From Podarcis erhardii (lineage: Eukaryota), in NCBI GenBank assembly GCA_964252035.1, contig OZ176207.1: a stretch of DNA of 64,000 nt. The stretch is one strand, 5' to 3'. The translations under genes were made by a program, and so were the position numbers. This document shows positions 24,367-36,565 of the stretch, one piece after another; the stretch's first letter is position 1; the number at the start of each line of letters is the position of its first letter. The notes beneath the pieces are model-generated. The model was not told where the DNA came from. It did no database searches and saw only the letters and a list, made by a program, of their open reading frames with translations.

Positions 24367-26787
24367 CATATCAGCTCTATCCATCTCAGAAATTAGGATA
24401 TTGTCTCCATTGGCAGTCAAAGGTGCATCAGACTGAGTGTTGCATGAAACATTCCCTGCAGTTTGAAGATTGGGTGTTGGAAAGGTGAACTCCTGTACCC
24501 TGGACTCAGACGATAAGCACAGCTGATACGAATATGGCAATGTTCCTTCTTCATAGTTTGGTGGGAAAATGACCGTGTTGTTTGAATGGGGAACAGGAGC
24601 AAAACACTGCAGGAATTTGGGGTTCCCTGATCGCCGAATCTTCATGAGAACGGCCAAAATCACTGTCAGGAGGAATAAGAATGAAATCAAAGCTAAGGCC
24701 AGCACCAAGAAGAACTGTAGATCAGATTGATACTCGGAGTCACTGGGCTGGTGGCTAATTTCCGGAAGTGCCTCCTGGAAGTTCTCAGCAAACACCAGGT
24801 TGAGACTCACAGTAGCAGATAGTGGTGGCTGCCCATTATCCTTGACTAAGATGACGAGCTTCTGCTTCACAGCATCTCTTTCCAGAAATGCCCGTGAGGT
24901 CCTGATCTCCCCAGTATGGGAACCAATGGAGAACAGCCCAGGTTCTGTTGCCTGGAGCAGATAGTAGGAGAGCCAAGCGTTGTGTCCAGAGTCAGCATCC
25001 ACAGCCACCACCTTGGTCACCAGATAACCCTCCTCTGCTGAGCGAGGCACCATCTCAAACAAGGAGGAGCCCTCTACTCCTTGAGAAGGGTAAAGAATCT
25101 GAGGGCTTTGGTCATTCTGGTCCAGAATACACACTCTCACGGTGGCATTGCTGCTGAGGCGGGGGGAGCCTCCATCTTCGGCCCTCACCTCCACTTGAAA
25201 CTCCCTGACTTGCTCATAGTCAAAGGAGCGCTGAGCATAGATAGTGCCAGTCTCAGAATTAATGGAGAGGAAGGACGAGAGAGGCAGCCCCTCAGTGATG
25301 CTGTTGCGAATAGAGTAGGTGATTTGAGCATTCTGGTTCACATCTGGGTCGGAGGCTTTGACCCTGAAAATGGAGGAGCCTGAAGGATTGTTCTCTAGGA
25401 CATAGGCAGTATAATAGGGTTTCTCAAAGGCAGGGCAGTTGTCATTGATGTCTGAGATCTGCAGTGTGATGGTTTTGTATGTGGAAAGAGGGGGGTTGCC
25501 TTTGTCTGTGGCTGTGACTGTGATATTGTACTCTGGAGTTCTTTCTCTGTCCAAGGGGGCATCTGTGAGAAGCTTATAATAATTATTGGAGGCTGACACC
25601 ATCCTGAATGGCAAAGTGTGTTGTATGTCACAAGTAATCTTCCCATTGTCTCCAGAGTCTCTATCATTTACATTGATAAGGGCTACCAGGGTTCCTACTG
25701 CAGAGTCTTCAGGGATGGGGCTGGATAATGAGGCCAGAATCACTTCTGGCGCATTGTCATTCTCATCTAGGAGTGAAATTTCAACATTGCATTGAGCGAC
25801 TAATCCTCCCCCATCTCTTGCTTCCACTGCCATTACATATCCTTCTGTTTCCTCAAAGTCCAGAACCTCCTTAACTATAATTGTCCCATCTTGTGGATCC
25901 AAGTAGAATTTCTGACGAGCACTTTCTGGGATGTTACTAAAACTATAGTTTATCTGGGCATTTGAACCTTCATCTCTATCTGTGGCTTTCACCTGGACCA
26001 CTGATGACCCTTTGGGGGCATTTTCTTTCAGCTTGACCGCGTATACTTTTTGAGTGAAGACTGGTGGGTTGTCATTTGCATCAATGACGGTGATCCAAAT
26101 TTTGGCTGTTCCAGTTTTGGCAGGCTTCCCTCCATCCAACGCCGTAAGGATTAATTGGAAACTGCTTTCACTTTCCCGATCTAACTGTTTATTCAATACT
26201 AATTCTGCATATTTATTTCCATCCTTTCTTTCTCTCACTTCCAGAATAAAGTATGGATTTGTGCTAAGGTTGTAATCCTGGAGAGAATTCACTCCAAGAT
26301 CAGGATCTTCAGCTTGTCCAAGGAGAAATGTGGTGCCTGGTAAGGAGGATTCAATTATCTCCAGCTTGATATCCCCATTTACAAAATGTGGTGCATGATC
26401 ATTAATGTCTTGAATCTCTACAGTTATATGAAAAATATTCATAGGACTTCCAACCACCACTTCAAAATTGATGGAGCAGAATGCAGTTTGCCCACATAAT
26501 TCCTCTCTATCAATCCTTTCCTTTACATACAGATTTCCATTTTCTGTACTGAGAGTGAAGTATTGCTTTTTACCTAGGGAAAGGATACGCAGATTATCAT
26601 TTCCTATTTTTCCATTATTCAGGCTCAGGTCTTTGGCTAGGTTTCCCACAATGGATCCCTTTTCCATTTCCTCAGGGATGGAATAATGAATGTTTTCTGA
26701 GGCAATCTGACCACACAGAGAGAATAATAAGAGGAGAGGTACTTGCCTTCTTAGGGATCTGCTGTTTTCCTTCTGCCTATCTTCCAT
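24367..26787 (-). CDS. PCDHGB: V5: protocadherin gamma-B-like variable exon (subtype Y)
   Basis: ORF 24217-26787; donor ATG|GTGAGT at 24367/24366; 2421 nt. Confidence 0.95.
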
Positions 26788-27067
26788 TCCTCTTGCAGGG
26801 ATATGTGCTTTATCCTTGTTTTCTGTAATCAGTTGAGCTGATGAGGCGTTTCACATTCCCATTAGGATGCAGAAGAGCTCAATAAAAGATGATAAAACAA
26901 GGCTGGCTGCTGCCAAATTTCTATATTTTGCAGTGGTTTTTGTTTCTCAGCAAAACACTTTGGAAGTCCCTGTGTTCTGCTGTTTCCCAGCTCTGTGTGA
27001 CTGAACAATCACATTGCAGAAGCAGCAAATCACTGGATTTTCAGCTCCAGTGTGAGAACTATGTTGG

Positions 27068-27105
27068 TCAACAGCGGCACTCTGAGTCTTAGATGAGGAA
27101 CTGCA
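27068..27105 (-). promoter_or_regulatory. CSE/CTCF site of V5 (CGCT intact)
   Basis: Minus strand TGCAGTTCCTC...ACTCAGAGTGCCGCTGTTGA. Confidence 0.88.
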
Positions 27106-27701
27106 AGAGGTTTTGTCACAGATAACATGGAAGAGATTTGTTTTGTCATTTACATATTGATGTGTATCAATTTTCAGGAATATTTGGGTAAATAACATAG
27201 CTTTAGAAATTTGTTGATGTGTTTTATCTGTAGGATAGGCCACAACTCACCGGCATCCAAAAAGTAGTAGTAGAAAATAACCAGCAATAATACACTACAC
27301 TACACACCAGCAATAATACACTACACTACACACACACACACTTAATGTGGAATTTATCCCACCTCCTCCCCCTTTTCTTTACTTGTTTTAGAAAGATCAG
27401 GTAGGATATAAATGGGGAGAATAAAAAAATTACAGCACTCACCACATTTTCAAATTGAAATCTGTAACTTTCTCATCTGCTTGAGAAATGTTACCATTTG
27501 TGTAGAAATTTATTTTTTAAGTTCCTAGAATAGTTACACGTTAAGAGTAGAAAACCTGGATTTGCTGATAAAGTGCGCTTCACAGAAATTTGCAGCTCAA
27601 ATCTGACATATGCCTTGAAATTGAAGTATGGCTAACTTACTACCATTATATACCATTTGTGTAGTCTGAGTAGAACATAGTCTTCAAAAACCTCATAAAT
27701 G

Positions 27702-27787
27702 TCCATTTACTGAGCTTTCCACTTTACAACAAGTTTGTCTATCAGGAACTCCATTTACTGAGCTTTCCACTTTACAACAATTTTGTC
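27702..27787. repeat. Local direct duplication, period 48 bp
   Basis: TCCATTTACTGAGCTTTCCACTTTACAACAA occurs at 27702 and 27750. Confidence 0.9.
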
Positions 27788-28415
27788 AAGGATGATATCA
27801 CTGAAAGAATTAGATTTCATCCTTGATCCTCCTTTAAAATACTGACAAGTGCAACTTCATAAGCTGAATAGACAATGGTCAGAATGCTAAACTGTGGGGT
27901 GCTGGATAAAGTAGGGTGATATTGAAGTAGTAATTGTCAAGACATCATACCCTTCCACTATGACAATCTACATGTTTAGAAAAAGCAAATACTATGTGGG
28001 GGATCAACAGTTCATTTTTAAAAGGAAGTAGTTCTAGTTCATCCTGTCCAAAGAAGTTTGTAATTTTACAAAATAGTTCAGTTAAAGTTCATCCAAACAG
28101 TAACTTTTTAGTTCATAAAATAATCAGCTTGGCATTTCCCCCCCACCCCTAGCATGCAGAATTCTACAAGCTGCTTTGCTTGCATGTATCCTAAAAGTAA
28201 ACCAGCATCACACACAAATAATATGTAAAAGCCATCAGATAGCAACAGAGCTTGGACAGCCTCTCCTAGTCATGCTTGAGAACACTGGGCTGGATTCATA
28301 ATTGACCCTTCCAACTCTACAATTCTACAGTTCTCTTAAATAGCTCCTTATATAGAGGAAAGATTAATGCAGACACAAAAGCAATGCTCATATTTGGGAA
28401 AGCCCTTAGCTTTCC

Positions 28416-28752
28416 ACGGGTGGTGCTGTGGCTTAAACCACAGAGCCTAGGGCTTGCTGATCAGAAGGTCGTCAGTTCAAATCCCCGCGACGGGGTGAGC
28501 TCCCGTTGCTCAGTCCCTGCTCCTGCCAACCTAGCAGGTCAAAAGCACATCAACGTGCCAGTTGATAAATAGGTACCACTCCGGTGGGAAGGTAAACGGC
28601 ATTACTGTGCGCTGCTCTGGTTCACCAGAAGCGGATTAGTCATGCTGGCCACAGCTGTACACCGGCTCCTTCGGCCAATAAAGCGAGATGAGCACCACAA
28701 CCCCAGAGTCATCCGCGACTGGACCTAATGGTCAGGGGTTCCTTTACCTTTA
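28416..28752 (+). mobile_element. Sauria-type SINE
   Basis: Colinear with the 10236 copy; a few 5' bases missing; imperfect TSD CCTTAGCTT(T)CC. Confidence 0.9.
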
Positions 28753-28819
28753 CCTTAGCTTCCTACAGATATGTTGACATCCAGGCACACCACAGTCTGG
28801 GGCACATTTAGATAAAGTG

Positions 28820-29055
28820 TGCATAGGACTGGAGTCAGAATTCACTGAATTCTACTCCAACCTATACACCTCCCACAACCCACCCCAACAGGGAATCAAG
28901 AACCACCTGACAGGACTGCCCATGCCAACTGTAACAGAAGACGAACAAGAGTTCATTGGACAGTCCTATCATCCCAGTGGAAATAGAGACTGTCCTCAAA
29001 ACCAAAAAAATACATAAAGCCCCAGGCCTAGATGGTTTCACAACAAAATTCTAGA
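28820..29055 (+). mobile_element. L1/Tx1-clade LINE ORF2 internal fragment
   Basis: FTEFYSNLYTSHNPPQQGIKNHLTGLPMP..., then after a frameshift EIETVLKTKKIHKAPGLDGFTTKF*; matches the F..Y..LY / EI / KAPGxDGF stretch preceding the L1 RT domain. Confidence 0.8.
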
Positions 29056-29228
29056 ATTATTCTTCCAAAGAGAGGAGTTGGTTACTGACAGTCAAATTGC
29101 TTCTCACCGATATTATCATCATAGTCCTAAAAACACATGACTCATACACTTTATTTCTGAAGCTTCACTTCAGAGACACAAGAATAATTCAGCTGGTCAC
29201 CACAAGCTAGCTAGCTAGCTAGCGCTCC

Positions 29229-29286
<58 letters not shown>

Positions 29287-29434
29287 CTAAAGACTTCTGC
29301 TCTCAGTAATATTATATACATCAATTACAAAGGAGAGAACTGATACAAATAAAGGCCAATTTACCATCTCCATTTCCCTGTACACACACACACACACACA
29401 GAGAGAGAGAGAAAGAAAGAGAGAGAGAGAGAGA
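29229..29434. repeat. Compound (CT)n(GT)n(GA)n and (CA)n(GA)n microsatellites
   Basis: Blocks at 29229-29286 and 29382-29434. Confidence 0.95.
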
Positions 29435-29664
29435 AGAATTGCCACGGAGCTTGTGCTATTTTTCTAAAAAAAAATTGTTACCCTTCCATCCACTAAGAAA
29501 AGGTGGAAAAGGTGTTACTGATTTTGTAACAGTATTGTGTGAATGCTGAGTAAAAAGAAGACAAACTATGACAATTTCCACAAAAGTATGGAGGCATTCT
29601 GCTGGATTTTGCTCATTGAAAAACACCATGGCTTACACAAATAATTCTGGATAACAATTCTTAC

Positions 29665-32085
29665 CTCTTCATCTTTATTCATCTCAGCTTGACAATTATT
29701 TTCTCCGTTGCCTGTAAAAGGCACAGCAGGTTTCTCACTGCCAAGAATATTGTTTACCATCTGAACATTGGGTGTCAGGAAGGCAAACTCATTTTTCCTG
29801 GACTCAGAAGACAGACACAGCTGGTAGGAATAGGGCAAAGTCCCATCTTCAAAGTTGGGTGGGAAGATGGCACCATTCTTGGAATGGGGAACAGGACCAA
29901 AGCACTGTAGGAACCTGGGATGCCCTGATTGACGGAGCTTCATTGTAACGGCCAGAATGACAGTCAAGAGGAACAAGAAGGAGATCACAGCTAAGGCCAG
30001 CACCAAGTAGAACTGCAGGTCAGACTGATACTCTGAGCTGCTGGGTTGGCTCTTCATTTCCGGAAGGGCCTCCTGAAAGTTCTCAGCAAACACCAGGTTC
30101 AGAGTAATGGTGGCCGAGAGAGACGGCTGCCCGTTATCCTTCACCATAATGACCAGTCTCTGTTTCACAGCGTCTCTCTCCACAAAGGCCCTGGCTGTCC
30201 TGATCTCTCCAGTATGAAAACCAACTGTGAAGAGTGCTGGCTCAGTGGCCTGAGTGAGGTGGTAGGAGAGCCAGGCATTGTGTCCAGAATCTGCATCCAC
30301 GGCCACCACCTTGGTGACAAGATAATCTGCCTCGGCCGAACGAGGCACCATCTCAAACAAGGCTGAGCCCTTGGCTTCTTGTGAGGGGGACAGGATACGA
30401 GGGCTGTTATCATTCCTGTCAAGAACAAACACCCTGATGGTCACATTGCTGCTGAGAGGGGGAGAACCTCCATCTTGGGCCTTCACTTGCACCCGAAACT
30501 CTCTGAATTGTTCATAGTCAAAGGATCTCTGGGCATAGATGATGCCAGTCTCAGAATTAATGGAGATATAGGAGGAGATGGGAAGCTCCTCGATGTTGCT
30601 GTTGAGGATGGAGTATGTGATCCTTGAGCTCTGATCCGTATCAGGATCAGAAGCTTTGATGGTGAAAATGGGGGCACCTGAAGGATTGTTTTCTGGCACG
30701 TAGATGTTGTAGGATGATTTCTGAAATGTAGGGGCATTGTCATTGATATCTGAGATCTGTAGTGAGATTGTTTTGTGTGTGGAAAGAGGTGGAGTTCCTT
30801 TATCAATTGCTGTGATTGTAATATTATATGCAGGAACTATTTCTCTGTCCAAAGGACTGTCTGTCTGGAGCTTGAAGTAATTGTTAGATGACGGAAGAAC
30901 TTTGAAGGGTAAATCATCTTGTAGGTAGCAAGTAACCTTTCCATTATCTCCACTATCTCTGTCATTTACATTGATCAGAGCAATGACTGTTCCTGACATA
31001 GAATCTTCCGGAACTGGGCTAAACATGGAGGCTAAAGTAACTTCTGGGGCATTATCATTCTCATCACGAACGCTTATTTCAACTTTGCAATGTGTCACTA
31101 ATCCACCACCATCTTTGGCTGCTACTGATATAGTATATTCACTGATATCTTCAAAGTCCAATAACCCTATAAGTAGGATTGAGCCATTCAAAGGATCTAG
31201 ACTGAATTTCTTGTTGGCATTCTGTGGTATATTGCTAAAATGATACCTGATTTGGGCGTATGAACCTTCATCATTATCAGATGCTGTAACCTGGAGCACA
31301 AGCGATCCAACTGCAACACTTTCCCTCAAAATGACCTTGTAAACCTCTTGTGTGAAAACTGGGGGGTTGTCATTGGCATCTGTGACATTAATCCATATCT
31401 GGGCAGTCCCAGTTTTTCTAGGTTCACCCCCATCCAACGCTGTGATAATCAAGTGAAGGGTCTGTTCAGTCTCTCGATCTAGTGCTTTCTGCAGCACTAA
31501 ATCTGCAAATTTATTTCCATCATGAGTCTCTTTAACATCCAGAGTAAAATACTGATTTGAGCTAAGGTGGTAATTCTGGAGAGCATTCATCCCAATGTCA
31601 GGATCTTCAGCTTTCCCAAGGAAAAACCGTGTTCCTAACAAAGTTAGTTCGCTTGTTTCTAAGTTGATATTGCCACTGAGAAAGAATGGTGCATTGTCAT
31701 TTATATCTTGAATTGTAATAGTCACATGAAAAATATTAAGGGGATTTTCCATTACCACCTCAAAATTAACAAGACAGAGTGGAGTTGTGCCACAGATTTC
31801 CTCTCTGTCAATCCTGTCATTTACATAGAGATTTCCATTTTCTGCATTGATACTGAAATACTGCATTTTGTTCACAGAGACAGCATGCAGATTGCGCCTT
31901 CCTAGATCTCTGGCATTCAGTCCCAAATCCTCAGCAAGATTCCCCACAACCGAACCCTTTGCCATCTCCTCAGGGATAGAATAACGAATCTGCTCTGAGG
32001 CAGCCCAGCCGGAGAAAGGCAAAAATAAGAGAAGCAGTACTTGCCTTCTGAGTGCCATTCCATTGTTTTTGTTTCTTCTATCCAT
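29665..32085 (-). CDS. PCDHGB: V6: protocadherin gamma-B-like variable exon (subtype X)
   Basis: ORF 29566-32085; donor GAG|GTAAGA at 29665/29664; 2421 nt. Confidence 0.95.
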
Positions 32086-32331
32086 ACAGATCCCTGAGAA
32101 ACAGCTGTCTCCTTTTTTCAGCTTGTAATGATCAAATTATCATCTGATCACAAGGAATCTCCACAACAAAGACTAAGCTGGATTTCTGCCTAGGTAAATC
32201 AGTTCCTTCTTAAATTTTTACTGTCCTTTCCAGCAAGATTGCTTGGTTGTTGTGATCTGCTGTTACTGTACAGAAATGGTGAAACAACTATCCAGGGGTC
32301 TCCTGCATCTTCTCTGTGGCTTCCACACTGG

Positions 32332-32369
32332 CTGACACTGACATCCTGAGGCTCAGACAGAGAACTGCA
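32332..32369 (-). promoter_or_regulatory. CSE/CTCF site of V6 (degenerate, CAGT)
   Basis: Minus strand TGCAGTTCTCT...CCTCAGGATGTCAGTGTCAG; position (247 bp upstream) and spacing match the other copies. Confidence 0.7.
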
Positions 32370-32849
32370 AGGGATTCTTTCTCATTCAACTTATAATTGA
32401 AAAGCAACCTGGGTGTGTTCATATTTTGGAGTGTCCAGGACAACCACAAATGGGAAGCATCCAGGAGAGTTGTCTTTGGTCCTCCACCGTTTATGTTGTC
32501 AAATTACAGCTGCATGTCAACATCCTTTTATCCATGTTATCAACTTTCAAAATAAAAACAGAATTGTCTTGTGGTGTCTTAAAGCAAATGTGGCACAAGT
32601 TTTCATGGACTAAAATAATGACTGTGATATTGCTGTTAGTTTAGTATGAAGAATTGGCACCCAAGTTAGTCCAAAAAGAACTGGCACCCAAACAAAATCC
32701 TGAGCTTGGCAGAGCAGAAATCAGAATGCAAGCATTATTATCCCACTTTTTTATTTTGAATTATGATTATGATTATTTCAACAAATAAGGTTTAAAGACT
32801 CTCTCAAGGTAAATCTTTAAAAATGTAGTATAAACACCAACAACTAGGA

Positions 32850-33129
32850 AACACTGGCCTGCGAGTGCTTCAATTGGGCTTTGAAGACACTTGAACACAG
32901 GACGAAAAGGAGAAATGAGCTAAGAGGAAGGCAGACTTGGCAAACCCTCACCATGATCAACTCCCACCCAGAAACCTGTGTCCCCACTGTGGAAGGATGT
33001 GTGGATCCAGAATTGGCCTCCACAGTGACTTACGGACTCACTGCTAAAACTATGTTTTGGAAGACAATCTAACTCAGCTACGAGTGATCGCCAAAAAAGT
33101 AGAAGAAAGAAGAAGAAGAAGAAAGAAGA
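32850..33129 (+). mobile_element. RTE-clade LINE 3' end
   Basis: Terminal zinc-finger-like CPHCGRMCGSRIGLHSDLRTHC at about 32979-33044, followed by a (GAA)n tail. Confidence 0.75.
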
Positions 33130-33497
33130 TTATTATTATTATTCCACACACTTGACTAGGTTGCTCCAGCCACTCTGGGTGACTTCTAACATATCAAAAC
33201 ACAGTAAGACATCAAACATTAAAACATTCCCTATACAGGTCTACCTTCAGATGTTTATTTGCTTGACATCTGATGGGAGGGCATTCCACAGGGCGGGCAT
33301 AACTACCGAGAAGGCCTTCTGCCTGGTTCCCTGTAATTTCATTTCTTGCAGCAAGGGAACTGCCAGAAGGCCCTTGGAGCTGTATCTATGTCTTGGCTGA
33401 ATGATAGGGGTGGAGACGCTACTTCAGGTATGCAGGGCCAAAGCTTTAGGGCTTTAGAGGTCAGCACCACACTTTGAATTGTGCTCGGAAACGTAAC
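33130..33497 (-). mobile_element. L2-type LINE 3' fragment
   Basis: (TTA)n tail, then GGGAGGGCATTCCACAGG...GAGAAGGCC...TTTAGGGCTTTAGAGGTCAGCACC...ACTTTGAATTGTGCTCGGAAAC, typical of squamate L2 ORF2 end in reverse. Confidence 0.7.
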
Positions 33498-33920
33498 AAT
33501 AACATGCACATTTTTACTTATGTCTTATCAATATGGCTTCAATTTCACTTGGATCCCAGATGCAATTTCAAAACATTTCCAGTAATTTTTACCTACTCAT
33601 AAATCTCCCACTCACCACTGCTTCTTTCTATGTTACACAAATAGCCTTTCTAAGATATCAGAATAATATTATCTGAAGGCAAATAATTTCCCACCCCAAA
33701 TCAAAATATTTGTTCCAATGAAACAAGTGCAAAAATTCAAATGTTTTCTTCTTCTTTTCGATGTTCAATGGCACTCAAACATTTCATTTATCTACTGCCC
33801 TCCTTATGCAGGAAAAGGCTGTACTAGGTGGCAGTGGCTTGTTTGCAGGCTCCTAGTTCAAGAGCCTGGGAGACACACCTATGTTGACTATGATTTTTTA
33901 AAAATTGCTTCAGTGTGGTT

Positions 33921-34293
33921 TGTGAGTCAAAATGGCGTCCGGCATGTTTCTTCCTGCGCCACTGTACGTCCGTGCCGATAGAAAATAACTTCAGCTCCCT
34001 TGGCTCTCTTACTTAAGGCTTTAGCAGAGTTCACGCAGCGGGGAAAAACTGTTGCCTTGTGTGGGTAATGAATCAGACTGAACGCAGGCTTTCTTTCTAA
34101 TCTCCAATAGTCTTTAATGAGTAGAAAAACATCATAAATCAGCCCGACGACAGAGCCGGCATCTTTCGCCTCTCAGTCAAAGCGAAAGAACTCACACACA
34201 GAGAAAGACTCCCGTATGTGAACATAACCACGCCTCAGAATGTGAGACGTCACTCAGAACTGTTTAACCCTGTAAGTTCTGATTCTCCTCACA
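33921..34293. mobile_element. Solo LTR (373 bp)
   Basis: Begins TGTGAG and ends CTCACA (perfect 6-bp inverted termini); exact 5-bp TSD TGGTT at 33916-33920 and 34294-34298; CpG-rich interior. Confidence 0.85.
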
Positions 34294-34806
34294 TGGTTCA
34301 CTTTGCAACAAAAGCAAGGAAGCTCCTGGAAGCCTTCCTGATGGAAATAGGTCACCTCAAGTCATTTTGCACAGCTCACAGCTTGGGCAATGCAATGCCA
34401 TCAAGCAATGCTCCTGAGGATATGGGTCCATTACTCAAGAGACTAACTTTAATCATGTTAACTGAAGAGTGACTACTGCTCTCCACAAAGGACAAACCTG
34501 GACCTGCCACCATCTTGCTATGAACTACAGAGATACACTTGGTATAGGAAAGGAAAGGCTGTTCAGAGATGTCACCTTCTTACATTCAATCAATTTTGGA
34601 ATTTGCTATGAAGCTTTTGTCCAGAAAGAAATAAAACCAGGCTTCTGAGGGCCCAGTTTGCAATAAGGTGGATTTTGAGAAGGAAGCAGAAGAACATATT
34701 GCTTCAAAGGAAGTGGGGGTGTCTTTCCTTGGAGGAGACCCAAGTGAGTGATGGACTGCCTCTGCTTTACTGCAATGGCTAATTGTTATCTTCTAGATTT
34801 AGTTAA

Positions 34807-35115
34807 GGGATGCGGGTGGCGCTGTGGGTTAAACCACAGAGCCTAGGACTTGCCGATCAGAAGGTCAGCTGTTCGAATCTCCGCAACGGGGTGAGCTCCC
34901 ATTGCTCGGTCCCAGCTCCTGCCAACCTAGCAGTTCGAAAGCACGTCAAAGTGTAAGTAGATAAATAGGTACCACTCCTGCAGGAAGGTAAACGGCGTTT
35001 CCGTGCGCTGCTCTGGTTTCGCCAGAAGTGGTTTAGTCATGCTGGCCACATGACCCGGAAGCTGTACGCCTGCTCTCTCGGCCAGTAAAGTGAGATGAGC
35101 GCCACAACCCCAGAG
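34807..35115 (+). mobile_element. Sauria-type SINE lacking its 3' tail
   Basis: Colinear with other copies up to ACCCCAGAG, then unrelated sequence. Confidence 0.88.
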
Positions 35116-35501
35116 CAGTAGTGATGCAGGTATATTCCTGGGCTATCTTGCTCAGAGTGAGGCAGTTCACCTTCCTCATAGGGAGGCATGGTGATGGGGT
35201 GGTTGCTCCAGAAAGCCCAACAAGAGCCAGGTGGTGGGTGGCATAGGCAGTGAGACAAGTGTGTGCAACTTGGCAGTACTAATCTGGCTCTCATTTGGCT
35301 GACAAAATACATTTGTTTAAACACCTCAAATACAACCTCAGCCATATTTTGCTACCGTTATTTCTCCAATCACAATCTGAAATATAGTGATTATATGAGG
35401 AAGTACCTTGGGGGGTATTCAGAAGCAAGGGGAAATAATACTGAGTTACTATTAAAATGTTTGTGATACAGTTTTCACATTTAAAATGAACTAGAAACAT
35501 A

Positions 35502-35846
35502 GGGACGCGGGTGGTGCTGTGGGTTAAACCACAGAGCCCAGGGCTTCCTGATCAGAAGAGCGGCGGTTTGAATCCCCGCGATGGGGTGAGCTCCCATTGC
35601 TTGGTCCCTGCTCCTGCCAAACTAGCAGTTCGAAAGCATATCAAAGTGCAAGTAGATAAATAGGCGGGAAGGTGAATGGCGTTTCCTTGCGCTGCTGTGG
35701 TTTGCCAGAAGCAGCTTAGTCATCCTGGCCTCATGACCCGGAAGCTGTATGCCGGCTCCCTCAGCCAATAAAGCGAGATGAGCGCCACAACCCCAGAGTC
35801 GTCCGCGACTGGACCTAATGTTCAGGGGTCCCTTTACCTTTACCTT
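35502..35846 (+). mobile_element. Sauria-type SINE
   Basis: GGGACGCGGGTGG...CCCTTTACCTTTACCTT with 10-bp TSD TAGAAACATA (35492-35501, 35847-35856). Confidence 0.92.
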
Positions 35847-36565
35847 TAGAAACATAAAAGTACTATTAAAGCTGGTTCTACCTTTGGTGAATCATTTTAG
35901 GTATTTCCTGAAACATGTTATTCTAAAATTAAGCCATGTAGTTGGGACCCTACCCTCTAATTTTCACTGCCCTAAAGCAGAACAAAATATACAGCTTTCT
36001 GATGGTATAAGGTACATCTCTCTCTCTATGTCTCTCTCTCTCCCTCCCATTCCTCCCCCTCTCTCATCCCACTCCTTATCTCTATCAAACACATTTTTCA
36101 TTAAAGGTATGAAGTGGAAGAACAGAAGTTCATCAGTAAAATGAAGTAATGATAAATTAGATAAAGGTTAGATGGCATACATAGCATTTTCTTTATGCCA
36201 CATCCACATCCGATGAATGTGTTGAGGGGATGAAGAAAGATCATACTCATCTCCACAATTTCAGTTGAAGATCTGAACATCTACAAATAGGCCTGTACAC
36301 ATACCAATAGACCCTTCCATTTGCAAGATTTCTGATGACAAAGAAAAGGCCTATTTGAGAACACCTGTACAGCATGTTCTGTACAGACATTCAGCTTCAA
36401 GTACACCTGTGAGGTTCAAGCAGAGGGGGTAGCTGCCCCATCTTCATGTGAACTGAATGTTTATATGAAAAAACTCAGATAAATCAGCTTAAAATATACT
36501 AGTTGCCTATAGACATAAAGAGAATGCTTAAAATGTTAACCATGTACCGTTGAAAATAAACTCAC

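Noticed and set aside
10236-35846. All four Sauria SINEs are antisense to Pcdh transcription, which hides their internal AATAAA
   Set aside because: Four of four is compatible with chance (two-sided p = 0.125); a whole-cluster count is needed.
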